A stretch of 64,000 nt of DNA, taken from Hemiscyllium ocellatum (lineage: Eukaryota). The stretch covers positions 37,472,533 to 37,536,532 of the forward strand of contig NC_083432.1 of assembly GCF_020745735.1 (NCBI RefSeq), in the 5' to 3' direction. The notes beneath the pieces are model-generated. The model ran no database searches. It saw only the letters and a list, made by a program, of their open reading frames with translations, and was not told where the DNA came from. Positions 37,279 through 50,691 of this stretch are shown in pieces; the first letter of the stretch is position 1; every line of letters starts with the position of its first letter. The translations under genes and the position numbers were made by a program.

Positions 37279-39019
37279 TGCTCTCAAGTTTGCTGGGCTT
37301 ATCACGTGAGCTGAAAATACACAACGTCACATCTCAGCCTTACTTGAAACAAGAAAGACACGACTCAGTGACACCCACTGGAGGGCATCCACAGACTTCT
37401 GGAATGTACTCAGACAGTGACATCATAGATGGGAGGGGCAATGTTAATGATTGACAGCTGAGCAGAAAGTTGAGTCTGTGCAGGAAAGTGAGGGTTTGTT
37501 CAAACACAGAGGGGATTCATTTATTGAAATAACAACTCATGGCAAGCAGGAATGACGAGGCAGTGTTTGGTTTTTCTAACATTCCTGTTTTCAGTGTCTT
37601 TCTTGGTATGAATGTGATATTGATCTGTTTCAGATGGAAGGAATTATAAATTAGTTTTATTTAGTAAAAAAATCAACAACACCACGTTATAGTGCAACAG
37701 CTTTAATTGGGAGCACACTAGCTTTCGTAGTGACGCTCCTTCATCACTATCAACTGACCTGATGTTGTGTGATTTTTAACTTTGTACACTCCAGTCCAAA
37801 ACCCGCAACTCCAAATCATGAGTTTTATTGAAGTTCAGTGAAGTCTGGATTGCCTGCAGACTATTTCCTTGTTTATGATGATAGCACATTTTTAAAAAAT
37901 GAAACACTTTGAAATGAAGCTGTGCCCTTTCATATTATGAAACCCCGTTGTGAAACAATTCCAGTTGGTGAGAGGTCTCCACTCAGTGACTGCTCCTGGA
38001 GGAATTCCAGAGTCTTCCGGAATGTACTCAGAGAGTGACATCACAGATGGGAGGAGCAATGTTAATGATTGACAACTGAGCAGAAGGCTCGGAATGTGCA
38101 GGAAAGTGAGAGTTTGTAAAAGCAGAAAGGGGATTAATTGATTGAAATATAAACTCATGTCATGAGATAATGAAGTGACAGTATTTGTTTTTCTGACTTT
38201 GGTATTTTAAACGATTTGAATGAGATTGATGTGAAATTTATCACCGAGAAAAATGGGGCGAAAGTCACAACAGCCGCTTTTAAATTGAATAAAGTATTTA
38301 TTCCGTCCTTAAAGCCATTTGTTGTTTTGTAATTGTCATGAAATATATTTAAAGGTGAAAAATGTAAAGTGAAGCTGCTGCATCCTTTAGAATTACTAAG
38401 CCCTGTGGCTAATTATGAGACCATATGAGATTTCCAAAATGGAAAATGGAGAATACACGACAATAGATTTTTTTTAGATTAGATTAATTACAGTGTGGAA
38501 GTTTCGAATGTGACAGCAGATGGCGAGGCCATTCGGTCCACCAGGTCAGTGTCAACTGTTTGGAAATGCTATGCAATTACTCACTCCTCCCATGTTCTTT
38601 TGCTATGGTCTGCAAATTCTCTCTTAGCAATTAAAAGTACAATTCCAGACTGTGAGAGGCCTTTGGGTCTGCTACCTCCTTGCACTCCCATTTTCCGATC
38701 TGGTTTATGAGAAACAGGACCAAAGAAGGAGAACGATTAATCAAATTTTAGGTTCTACATACATTTTGTGTCTCTTCGCTATTTGTGCTGGATAAATATG
38801 TTTCTAATGTATCTCTTGTGGCATAAGTCACTTCTATTCTTGGACTAAGGGTATTGTTGTTAATATTTCTCGCTGTTCTGTAAACCACGTGTTTGTCAGT
38901 CAGTGTGATCCAGTAAATTGACTGATGGAACCAAGCTGCTGAGTGATATTGAGGGAAGTATGACACATCTTCCTGATGCTGTGCCACAGTGACTGTTCTT
39001 TAATACATTAGATTGAAAG

Positions 39020-40390
39020 GGTCTTCAAAAAGACCACCATCATCCCTGTGCCAACGAAAACACATTCAGCATTCCTGAATGACTACTGCCCAGTGCCTCT
39101 GACCTCCATAATTATGAAGTGCTTCGAGAGATTAGTCATCACTCATATCAACTCCTGCCTCCCAGCCTGCCTTGATTCCTTGCAATTTGCCTCCCAGCGC
39201 AACAGATCCTTGGCAGACTCCACCTCCCTAGCCTCCCTGGAACATAGGGATAATTAAGATATTTAGCTGCTACAGCTCCGCTTTCAACACTATAATCCCA
39301 AACGAACCCATCTCTAAACTCTGAGACCTGGGTTTCTGCTCTCGACTCACCAACTAGATCCTCAACATCCTCACCCACAGACCACAATCAGTGAGGATAG
39401 GCAACAGCATCTCTACCACAACAATCCCAAACACCGGTGTCCCGCAAGGTTGTATACTCAGCTCCTTCCTGTACTCCCTGTACACTCATGGGTGGTGTAT
39501 CCAAATTTAATCTGAAATTCATCTCCAATTTGGCTGACAACATTACTGTTATAGGCCAGATATCAAACAATGATGAGGCAGAATACAGGAAGGAAATCCA
39601 ATGCTTAGTCTCGTGGTACAAAGGTAACAATCTCTCCCTCAAGGTCAGCAAAACTGAAGAGCTGACCTCAGGAAGCAAAGAGGAGGGGATACCCCTGTCT
39701 GAGTCAAAGGAGCTGATGTAGAGATGGTTGAGAGTATGCGTCCTCTGGGTGACAATCACCAACAATCTATACAGGACCACCATCATGGATGTGATGGTGA
39801 AGTCAGCACAGCAATGCCTCTTCTTCCTCAGAAATTTAAGGAAATTCGGCATGCCCATTGATCATTCATCTACTTTTGTAGAATGCTTTCTATGTTGCAT
39901 CTAGCATCGGTCTGAATGCATTTTGGGTTGGAATGGCAACTGCTCCACCCAGGATTGTAATGAACAATAGAGACTTGTAAACAGAGCTCAGTCCATCACA
40001 CAAACCATGCTTCCATCCATTGACTCCATCTACACTGCTTCTTGTCTCAGAAAGGGGATCAACATCATCAAAGAGCCCTTCCACCCCGGTTATAATCTCT
40101 TCCAAGCTCGTCCATCAGGCAGAAGATACAACAGCTGAAACACACGTATCAACACGTTGAAGAACAGATTCTTCCCTGCTGTTAGTAGACTCCTGAATGG
40201 AGCTGTCCAATTTCAAATCTAATGTTGATCTTACTTTTTGTGCACTCTCTTTGCAGCCATAACATCGTATTCCTCGAACTGTTCTATCAATTATGCACTT
40301 TGTATTGTATGATGTATTTATACTGCATGCAAAATAAAACTTTTCACTGTACCTGGGTACGTGTGATGATACTAAATCAAATCAAATTAA
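39020..40390 (+). mobile_element. Rex1/Babar-like LINE fragment
   Basis: LNDYCPVPLTSIIMKCFERLV; AAATCAAATC tail; mirror copy at about 48428-49797. Confidence 0.8.
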
Positions 40391-42013
40391 ACCTTGGCTT
40401 GTTAGCTGTTGAAAGGATGTGTCACATCAGGCAGAAATCCTCAAATCAGCAGCAGAGTTTAAAAATAAGGGCTCGTTCACATAAGGTTCATATCAGGAGT
40501 ATTGTCTTCTTTCAGGTGATTACCAGTTTGAATTCTCTTCCTCAATTATCAGTGGAGGCTGTGTCATTAAATGTAGTTAAGCTTTGTACATATTCTTGTT
40601 TAAATAAGGACTGATGTGTTCTCTGGGAGGCAGGATTGCAGTGGTCAGTCATCATTAACTCATTAGTGACCTCAAGAAATAGCAAAATGAGTTTAAAGGC
40701 CAAATGGCCTACACCTGTTCCTATTCTTTATGTTCAAGGGTTAAGCATCATTAATATTATTGAAACAAAACCTTCATAAAAAGTGGCTTTTGATGCAACT
40801 AACTTGACCTTCCATTCCCAATAGCCACAATAATCATTTAACCCAAATGAAAGTGCATCTCACCATCCATATCAGTGTAGGGTACAGACTGGGTTGGATG
40901 ACAAGCAGTTATTTCTAAAAGAAACTGAAAGAACTATGGATGCTGTCAATCAGAAACATAAACAAAAATAGAGGTTGCTGGAAAAGCTCAGCAGGTCTGG
41001 CATTGTCCTCAGTTTTGAAGAATGGTCACTGGAACCACAACATTCACTTTGACCTGCTGAGCCTTTCCATCAACTTCTGTTTTTGAAGCTGGTGTTTCTG
41101 ATTATTGTGAAGTTGCAGTGAATATCTCTGAGATTGAAGTGTAGAAAATTGTGCAAGGACAGTGTCTGAACTGTAGTTTGATATCTTGTGACAGAGCTGG
41201 GTGCTGAAAAGATTTGCAAGGATGTTGGATCGACTAGAGGGTTCAGTTATAAGGAGAGTCTGAATAGACTGGGACCTTTTCTCCAGGAAGACTGGAGGCT
41301 GAGACTGACCTTATAGAGGCTTATAAAATCATGATGGACACAGATAAGGTGAACAGGCAAGGTCTTTTTCCAAGGATAGGTGAGTTCAAAATTAGAGGGT
41401 ATAGATTTAAGGTGAGAGGGGAAAGATTTACAAGGGCCGAGAAGGGCAACTTTTTCACACAGAGGGTGAGCTGGCAGAGAAAGTGGTAGAGGCCAGTACT
41501 CTAACAGCATTTAGAAGACATTTGGCCAATTATACAAGCAGGAAAGGTTTAGAGAGATATAGGGACTAGTTAAGTTTCCGATACCTGTTTGGCATGGTCG
41601 AGTTTACATGCTGGATGACTTGATGTCTCCATGACTATATGACCTGAATTTTGACTTAGGCAGATCTAGACTGACTGATTTTAGGCCCAGTTTTAACTTA
41701 ATCAAATCTAAAAGGTGTATTTACCGTAACCATGAATAAGGGAGGTCAGAGTGAAGATTATTAGTGATGTATCAGTTTTGCTTCGATCAAGTAAGATTGT
41801 AGAATCATCATCGGTAAAATTCAGAAGTATTTATTGTTCCAACATACATACATAAATAATTTACCTGTACATGAATTCTGATAAAAGCACATTACAGATT
41901 TACATCTTGAATACAATGGATATGACAAAAATATATTTTCATCTCACATTACAGAAACTCACTGCTGCTTTTGAACAATTATTAGATGTTCAAAAGTTCA
42001 TTGTAACAGAGTC

Positions 42014-42673
42014 TTAACTGGGCATCTGTTCTTCAGCTTTCTTCATCCCCACATCCTTCCCACTCTCCTGTTTCTCTGTCTCTTGGTCAGGATTGAGCCG
42101 GGGAGTGGTTGTTGTCTCCGAGGTGATGTTGATGGGGACGGTCCATTCATTCACAGCTGGCAGTGCCAGGCGCGGGGCTTGAACCTTTAACTGACCGTCC
42201 TGTGACAAACAGCATCGAAGAGCTTCAGCATCGACATCCTCTGGCAGCTGGAATTCTCTCCTGAACTCTTCATATTTGTAGCTGTAACAGCCGCTGCCAT
42301 CATCACATTTCTTCTCGTGTTTTCCTGTCACCAGCACTTTTCTTCCAAATACTTTCACCCTCAGGTCTTCTGGGGGGAAGTGCCTGACATTCAGGGACAC
42401 AGAAAAGCCATCTCCATCCTTGTCCTCGGATTGTCTTTTACCTTCTCCACTAGCATCAGATTTCTTGTCTCGAGTTCTTGGTATTTCCCCAAAACATTCG
42501 GCTGTCAGATCCTCAAGAACTCGATTGATGAAGTTCATGCCCTTTCTCGCTTCTTCCACCTGTTCCCACATGTTACATTCAAGTGGTTCCCAGAGCCTGT
42601 GTGAAACAGGCGCCAGTGTGTATACAGGCTGCTGGCACAGACGTGAAGGGTGGAAAGCCCGATATCTCAGCAT
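42014..42673 (-). CDS. hsp30: HSP30-like, copy 6 (219 aa), in the spacer
   Basis: Intact ORF. Confidence 0.93.
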   Translation of the reverse strand: MLRYRAFHPSRLCQQPVYTLAPVSHRLWEPLECNMWEQVEEARKGMNFINRVLEDLTAECFGEIPRTRDKKSDASGEGKRQSEDKDGDGFSVSLNVRHFPPEDLRVKVFGRKVLVTGKHEKKCDDGSGCYSYKYEEFRREFQLPEDVDAEALRCCLSQDGQLKVQAPRLALPAVNEWTVPINITSETTTTPRLNPDQETEKQESGKDVGMKKAEEQMPS

Positions 42674-42766
42674 TGTCTCTGCCTCTTCTCTCACTTCCCT
42701 CAAACTGACTGATGTGAACTCCCAGTCTTCAGTCTCTGATCTGCTGCAGCACTCTGAGCTCACACC

Positions 42767-42924
42767 TTATATATTCTACTGCCAGGAATCCAGACATTTC
42801 CAGAATGTCCTCAGGTTTGTTGGGTTTATCACACATAAGCTGACAATGAATAACAGCATATCTCAGCCTTACTTTCAACAGGAATGACTCAACTCTGGAA
42901 GGATTCCAGAGACTTCTGGAATGT
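42767..42924 (-). promoter_or_regulatory. TATA box, proximal and distal HSE, copy 6
   Basis: Proximal motif at 42767-42805; distal TTCcaGAAgtCTCtgGAA at about 42897-42924. Confidence 0.8.
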
Positions 42925-43667
42925 ACTCAGACAGTGACAGCACAGATGGGAGGAGCAATGTTAATGATTGACTGGCGAGAGAAGGCGGAGCCTGTGTGGC
43001 ACAGTGATGCTTGTTTGAGAAGAGATTGATTCATTGAAATATCAACTGAAACCATGAGGGAATGAAGAAACAGTGTTTGGTTGAAGAACTGTGTTATTTT
43101 CAGTGATTTATAAAAGATTGAAGTGATATGTATCATGAAATGCACAAATGTTTTATTTATGTCCGAGAAAGTATTTTTGGCCTTTAGCTCATTTGTAGTA
43201 AAGATAAAATATTTTTTAAAATGATATACTTAGAAATTTAGCTGCTTTGTCCTTCAAAATTACCAAACCCTGTTGCCAACTATGATGTGTTATGAGATTT
43301 CCAAAAATAGAAAATGAATAAAATGCAACAGTAGCTTTGGTGTCACACAGCACAAAGTGAGGCCATGTGTCATCTCTCGTGAAAGCGCTGACGAATCACA
43401 TCTATTCCTTTGCCTAAGCTCTGGAAATTGTGCCTTTAAACGTTTATATACAATTCCATCTTTTTGGACGCTTTAAGAGAAGACAAACAAATTATTTTAA
43501 TATGTTAAGATTCATTAAATGGCTGTAATTTATTTGACATTTGTGCAGCATCTAACACATTTTTATTGATTCTGTTGTAGTATTGTTCCTTTCTATCCAT
43601 CACTGTTGATGTTTCTCACAGCTCTGCAATAAGGTTTTTTCCTCTGTCACTCTAACTCAATAATGTT

Positions 43668-45590
43668 AATAGACAATAGACAATAGGTGCAGGAGTAGGC
43701 CATTCAGCCCTTCGAGCCTGCACCGCCATTCAATATGATCATGGCTGATCATTCCTAATCTGTATCCTGTTCCTGCCTTAGCTCCATAACCCTTGATTCT
43801 ACTATCTTTGAGAGCTCTATGCAACTCTTTCTTAAATGAATCCAGAGATAGGGCCTCCACAGCCCTCTGGGGCAGAGCATTCCACACAGCCACCACTCTC
43901 TGGGTGAAGAAGTATTTCCTCATCTCTGTCCTAAATGGTCTACCCCGTATTTTTAAGCTGTGTCCTCTGGTTCGGCACTCACCCATCAGTGGAAACATGT
44001 TTCTGCTGCCAGAGTGTCCAATCCTTTCGTAATCTTATATGTCTCAATCAAATCCCCTCTCAGTCTTCTAAATTCAAGGGTATACAAGCCCAGTTGCTTC
44101 AGTCTTTCAGTGTAAGGTAATCCCTCCATTCCAGGAATTGACCTCGTGAACCTACGCTGCACTCCCTCAATAGCCAGAATGTCTTTCCTCAAATTTGGAG
44201 ACCAGAACTGCACACAGTACTCCAGGTTGGTCTCACCAGGGTCCTGTATAGCTGCAGAAGCACCTCTTTGCTTCTATACTCAATTCCTCGTGTTATGAAG
44301 GCCAGCATGCTATTAGCCTTCTTCACTACCTGCTGTACCTGCATGCTTGCCTTCATTGACTGATGTACAAGAACACCCAGATCTCTCTGTACTGCCCCTT
44401 TACCTAAACTAATTCATTGAGGTAGTAATCTGCCTTCCTGTTCTTGCCACCAAAGTGGATAACCATACATTTATCCACATTAAACTGCATCTGCCATGCA
44501 TCTGCCCACTCACCTAACTTGTCCATGTCACCCTGTAATCTCCTAACATCCTCATCACATTTCACCCTGCCACCCAGCTTTGTATCATCAGCAAATTTGC
44601 TAATGTTATTGCTGATACCATCTTCTATATCATTAACATATATTGTAAAAAGCTGCAGTCCCAGCACGGATCCCTGCGGTACCCCACTGGTCACTGCCTG
44701 CCATTCCGAAATGGAGCCGTTTATCACTATCCTTTGTTTTCTATCAGCCAACCAATTTTCAATCCAATCTAGTACGTTGCCCCCAATACCATGCGCCCTA
44801 AGTTTACTCACTAACCTCTTATGTGGGACTTTATCAAAAGCTTCTGAAAGTCCAGGTACACTACATCTACTGGATCTCCCTCGTCCATCTTCAGAGTTAC
44901 ATTCTCAAAAAATTCCAGAAGATTAGTCAAGCATGATTTCCCCTTCATAAATCCATGCTGACTCATTCCTATCCTGTTACTACTATCCAGATGTGCCGTA
45001 ATTTCATCCTTTATAATAAACTCCAGCATCTTTCCCACCACTGAGGTCAGACTAACTGGTCTATAATTTCCTGCTTTCTCTCTCCCACCTTTCTTAAAAA
45101 GTGGTATAACATTAGCCACCCTCCAATCCTCAGGAACCGAACCCGAATCTATCGAAATCTGGAAAATAATCACCAACGCGTCCACGATTTCCCAAGCCAC
45201 CTCCTTCAGTACCCTGGGATGTAGGCCATCAGGCCCCGGAGACTTATCAACCTTCAGACCTAACAGTCTCTCCAACACCAAATCCTGGCAAATATAAATT
45301 CCCTTCAGTTCAGGTCCTTCAGCCACTGTTACCTCAGGGAGATTGCTTGTGTCTTCCCCAGTGAACACAGATCTGAAGTACCCATTTAATTCTTCTGCCA
45401 TTTCTTTGTTCCCCGTAATATATTCCCCTGTTTCTGTCTTCAAGGGCCCAATTTTAGTCCTAACCATTTTTTTGCCTTGCACATACTTAAAAAAGCTTTT
45501 ACTATCCTCCTTTATATCATTGGCCTGTTTACCTTCATACCTCATTTTTTCCTCTGCATATTTCCTTCTTAGTAATCCTCTGTTGTTCTT
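43668..45590 (-). mobile_element. Relatively young 5'-truncated CR1 LINE (RT)
   Basis: KSPGPDGLHPRVLKE, NYRPVSLTS, YLDFQK, GVPQGSVLG, FADD; (CTATTGT)n tail; a few frameshifts. Confidence 0.93.
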
Positions 45591-46647
45591 TAAAAGATGG
45601 GAGAAGGCCACTGACTGATACGGAGGAGAATGTTACATAGCTGTTTGGTATTGTCAATTGAACCTTTATTGAAACATGCCATCAGAGGGAACTTTGGATT
45701 GCAGTTGCTGTAACGATGGAAGAGAGCATGCAGAAATGTAGAAGTAGGGATCACTCTTTATAAATAACGATTCTCTGTGTCAGGAGAAACCTCTTCTAGC
45801 ATGGAGTCATTAAATTGAATTCGCTTTCCTAGTGAGCACTGGATACTGCATTTATGAATCTACTCAGTTGTGTGGGAAAGATCATTGTTAACATGGAAGT
45901 GGTGAGTTATTGTGATAGACATAAAACTAGAGTAGAGGCTATCGTCATTATCAGTCGGGATGTTAATGAGCAGCCTCGCAGGATTCAAGGGCTGAATGGC
46001 TTACTCCTGTTCCTAATCCTTGTGTTCAAGAATATTGTCCATACTCTTATTCAATTGGAACCTTATAAAAGCTATTTATGATGCAAGTAGCTGCATTTAT
46101 TCCCAGATATTTATACTGATTTTTTTAACCCAGTGAAATCAGTTCCCACCATCCAGTCACTGTGCAGTGCAGTGACTAGTGTCTGTGTTGAGCAACAAGC
46201 TGCTGTTGCTGCTCATTATGAACATGAAGAGAAACTCTTGTGTCCAAGGAAGTCCTCGGGTTTGCTATACTGGCTCTGTACTGCAGTTTGATCTCATAGA
46301 CAGAACCAAGTTCAGATTTAGGCAGATCTTCACTTGCTGAGTCATTCTGTGTTTTAAATTGATCCCAGTAAATTATATTTTTATCTTAACTGACAAAAAT
46401 GTCAACTTTGAAAGTGTTAATGATGGAGCAGTTTTATTTTATGAGGTTAAAAGGGAAGAATCATTATCATAAACTTTCAAGAGTTTATTTTTGTAAAATA
46501 CGTACATAAGCAACACTTATAATAACCCAGAACATATTGACAAGTTGAAGACAATTAATTTTCAGCAATATACATTCATCCTGGTCTGAGAAATACATGA
46601 CTGCATATGAACAGTTCTTATAACTGGATAAGTCCATTGTAACAGTC

Positions 46648-46850
46648 TCAACTGTCCATCTGTCCTTCAGCTTTCTTGTTCCCCACATCTTTCCCAGTCT
46701 CCTGTTTCTCTGCCTGTTGGTCAGGATTGAGCCACGGAGTATCTTATATCCTGGGTGATGTTGATGGGAACGATTAGTTCATTCACAGCTGGCAGTGCCA
46801 GACATGGGGCTTGAACCATTAACCAACTGTTCTGTGACAAACAGCATCGA
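46648..46850 (-). pseudogene. hsp30 3' fragment cut at the inversion junction
   Basis: Minus strand encodes RCCLSQNSWLMVQAPCLALPAVNELIVPINITQ with a diverged tail; the 5' part is absent. Confidence 0.88.
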
Positions 46851-48427
46851 GCATAGTGGTGGGTTTCAGGGCAGGGGCGCGCTGTAGGGACACGTTAGCT
46901 TTGGCCAGTAAAGCACCTCATAGCCAGTTCTCTGGGTGGCAGTGAAATGCTGGGTTGCTGCTGGATTTAGCATGTATGGTGAAACAATGAATACTTCTGA
47001 ATTTTATCTATGATGATTCTACCTTCTTACTGAAGCAAAACTGATACATCACTAATAATCTTAACTCTGACCTCCGTTCTTCACGGTTACGGTAAATACA
47101 CCTTTTAGGTTTGATTAATTTAAAACTGGGCCTAAAATCAGTCAGTCTAGATCTGCCTAAGTCAAAATTCAGGTCATATAATCATGGAGACATCAACTCA
47201 CCCAGCATGTAAACTCGACCATGCCAAACAGGTATCAGAAACTTAACTAGTGCCTATATCTCTCTAAACCTTTCCTGCTCATGTAATTGGCCAAATGTCT
47301 TTTAAATGCTGTTAGAGTACTGGCCTCTACCACTTTCTCTGCCAGCTCACCCTCTGTGTGAAAAAGTTGCCATTCTCATCCCTTGTAAATCTTTCCCCGC
47401 TCACCTTAAATCTAAGCCCTCTAGTTTTGAACTCACCTATCCTTGGAAAAAGACCTTGCCTGTTCACCTTATCTGTGTCCATCATGATTTTATAAGCCTC
47501 TATAAGGTCATCCTCAGTCTCCAGTCTTCCTGGAGAAAAGGTCCCAGTCTATTCAGACTCTCCTTATAACTGAACCCTCTAGTTGATCCAACATCCTTGC
47601 AGATCTTTCCAGCACCCAGCTCTGTCAAAAGATATCAAACTACAGTTCAGACACTGTCCTTGCACCATTTTCTACACTTCAATCTCAGAGATATTCACTG
47701 CAGCTTCACAATAATCAGAAACAACAGCTTCAAAAACAGAAGTTGATGGAAAGGCTCAGCAGGTCAAAGTGAATGGTGTGGTTCCAGTGACCATTCTCCA
47801 GAACTGAGGACACTGCCAGACCTGTTGAGCTTTTCCAGCAACCTCTATTTTTGTTTATGTTTCTGATTGACAGCATCCACAGTTCTTTCAGTTTCTTTTA
47901 GCAATAACTGCTTGTCATCCAACCCAGTCTGTACCCTACACTGTCACTGGTTGGTGAGATGCACTTTCATTGGGGTTAAATGATTATTGTGGCTATCGGG
48001 AATGGAAGGTCAAGTTAGTTGCATCAAAAGCCACTTTTTATGAAGGTTTTGTTTTAATAATATTAATGATGCTTAACCCTTGAACATAAAGAATAGGAAC
48101 AGGTGTAGGCCATCCGGCCTTTAAACTCATTTTGCTATTCCTTGAGGTCACTAATGAGTTAATGATGACTGACCACTGCAATCCTGCCTCCCGGAGAACA
48201 CATCAGTCCTTATTTAAACAAGAATATGTACAAAGCTTAACTACATTTAATGACACAGCCTCCACTGATAATTGAGGAAGAGAATGCAAACTGGTAATCA
48301 CCTGAAAGAAGACAATACTCCTGATATGAACCTTATGTGAACGAGCCCTTATTTTTAAACTCTGCTGCTGATTTGAGGATTTCTGCCTGATGTGACACAT
48401 CCTTTCAACAGCTAACAAGCCAAGGTT

Positions 48428-49797
48428 TAATTTGATTTGATTTAGTATCATTACACGTACCTAGGTACAGTGAAAAGTTTTGTTTTGCATGCAGTATAAA
48501 TACATCATACCATACAAAGTGCATAATTGATAGAACAGTTCGAGGAATACGATGTTATGGCTGCAAAGAGAGTGCACAAAAAGTAAGATCAACATTAGAT
48601 TTGAAATTGGACAGCTCCATTCAGGAGTCTACTAACAGCAGGGAAGAATCTGTTCTTCAACGTGTTGATACGTGTGTTTCCGCTGTTGTACCTTCTGCCT
48701 GATGGAAGAGCTTGGAAGAGATTATAACCGGGGTGGAAGGGCTCTTTGATGATGGTGGTCCCCTTTCTGAGACAAGAAGCAGTGTAGATGGAGTCAATAG
48801 ATGGAAGCCTGGTTTGTGTGATGGACTGAGCTCTGTTTACAAGTCTCTATTGTTCATTACAATCCTGGGTGGAGCAGTTGCCATTCCAACCCATAATGCA
48901 TCCAGACAGATGTTAGATGCAACATAGAAAGCATTCTACAAAAGTAGATGAATGATCAATGGGCATGCCGAATTTCCTTAAATTCCTCAGGAAGAAGAAG
49001 CATTGCTGTGCTGACTTCACCATCACATCCACGATGGTGGTCCTGTATAGATTATTGGTGATTGTCACCCAGAGGACGCATACTCTCAACCATCTCTACA
49101 TCAGCTCCTTTGACTTAGACAGGGGTATCCCCTCCTCTTTGCTTCCTGAGGTCAGCTCTTCAGTTTTGCTGACCTTGAGGGAGAGATTGTTATCTTTGTA
49201 CCATGAGACTAAGCATTGGATTTCCTTCCTGTATTCTGTCTCATCATTGTTTGATATCTGGCCTATAACAGTAATGTTGTCAGCCAAATTGGAGGTGAAT
49301 TTCAGATTAAATTTGGCCACACCACCCATGAGTGTACAGAGAGTACAGTAAGGAGCTGAATATACAACCTTGCGGGACACCGGTGTTTGGGATTGTTGTG
49401 GTAGAGATGCTGTTGTCTATCCTCATTGATTGTGGTCTGTGGGTGAGGATGTTGAGGATCTAGTTGGTGAGTCGAGAGCAGAAACCCAGGTCTCAGAGTT
49501 TAGAGATGGGTTCGTTTGGGATTATAGTGTTGAAAGCGGAGCTGTAGTAGCTAAGTATCTTGATTATCCCTATGTTCCAGGGAAGCTAGGGAGGTGGAGT
49601 CTGCCAAGGATCTGTTGTGCTGGGAGGCAAATTGCAAGGAATCAAGGCAGGCTGGGAGGCAGGAGTTGATATGAGTGATGACTAATCTCTCGAAGCACTT
49701 CATAATTATGGAGGTCAGAGGCACTGGGCAGTATTCATTCAGGAATGCTGAATGTGTTTTCATTGGCACAGGGATGATGGTGGTCTTCTTGAAGACC
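48428..49797 (-). mobile_element. Rex1/Babar-like LINE fragment (mirror copy)
   Basis: Reverse complement of 39020-40390. Confidence 0.8.
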
Positions 49798-50691
49798 CTG
49801 TCAATCTAATGTTTTAAAGAACAGTCACTGTGGCACAGCATCAGGAAGATGTGTCATACTTCCCTCAATATCACTCAGCAGCTTGGTTCCATCAGTCAAT
49901 TTACTGGATCACACTGACTGACAAACACGTGGTTTACAGCGAGAAATATGAACAATAATACCCTTAGTCCAAGAGAAGAAGTGACTTATGCCACAAGGGA
50001 TACAGTAGAACCACATTAATCCAGCACAAATAGCAAAGACACATAAAATTTATATAGAACCTAAAATTTGATTAGTCGTTCTCCTTCTTTGGTCCTGTTT
50101 CTCATAAACCAGATCGGAAAATGGGAGTGCAAGGAGGTAGCAGATCCAAAGTCCTTTCACAGACTGGAATTGTACTTATAATTGCAAAGACAGAATTTGC
50201 AGACCTTAGCAAAACAACATGGGAGGTGTGAGTAATTGCATAGCATTTCCGAAGAGTTGACGCTGACCTGGTGAACCGAATGGCCTCGCCATCTGCTGTC
50301 ACATTCTAAATCTATTGTCGTGTATTCTCCATTTTCCATTTTGAAAATCTCATATGGTTTCATTATTAGCCACAGGGCTTAGTAATTCTAAAGGATGCAG
50401 CAGCTTCACTTTACATTTTTCACCTTTAAATATATTTCATGACAATTACAAAACAGCAAATGGCTTTAAGGACGGAATAAATACTTTATTCAATTTAAAA
50501 GCGGCTGATGTGACTTTCGCCCCATTTAACTCGGTGATAAATTTCACATCAATCTAATTCAAATCATTTAAAATACCAAAGTCAGAAAAACAAATACACC
50601 CACCTCATTATCTCATGACATGAGTTTATATTTCAATCAAATAATCCCCTTTCTGCTTTTACAAACTCTCACTTTCCTGCACATTCCGAGC

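Larger units (their letters stand above)
31400..41850. repeat. Left arm of large inverted duplication
   Basis: Colinear reverse complement of about 46972-60360, with matching ORF-track fragments (e.g. 41247/47306, 39437/49096, 35085/56391, 31785/59746). Confidence 0.9.
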
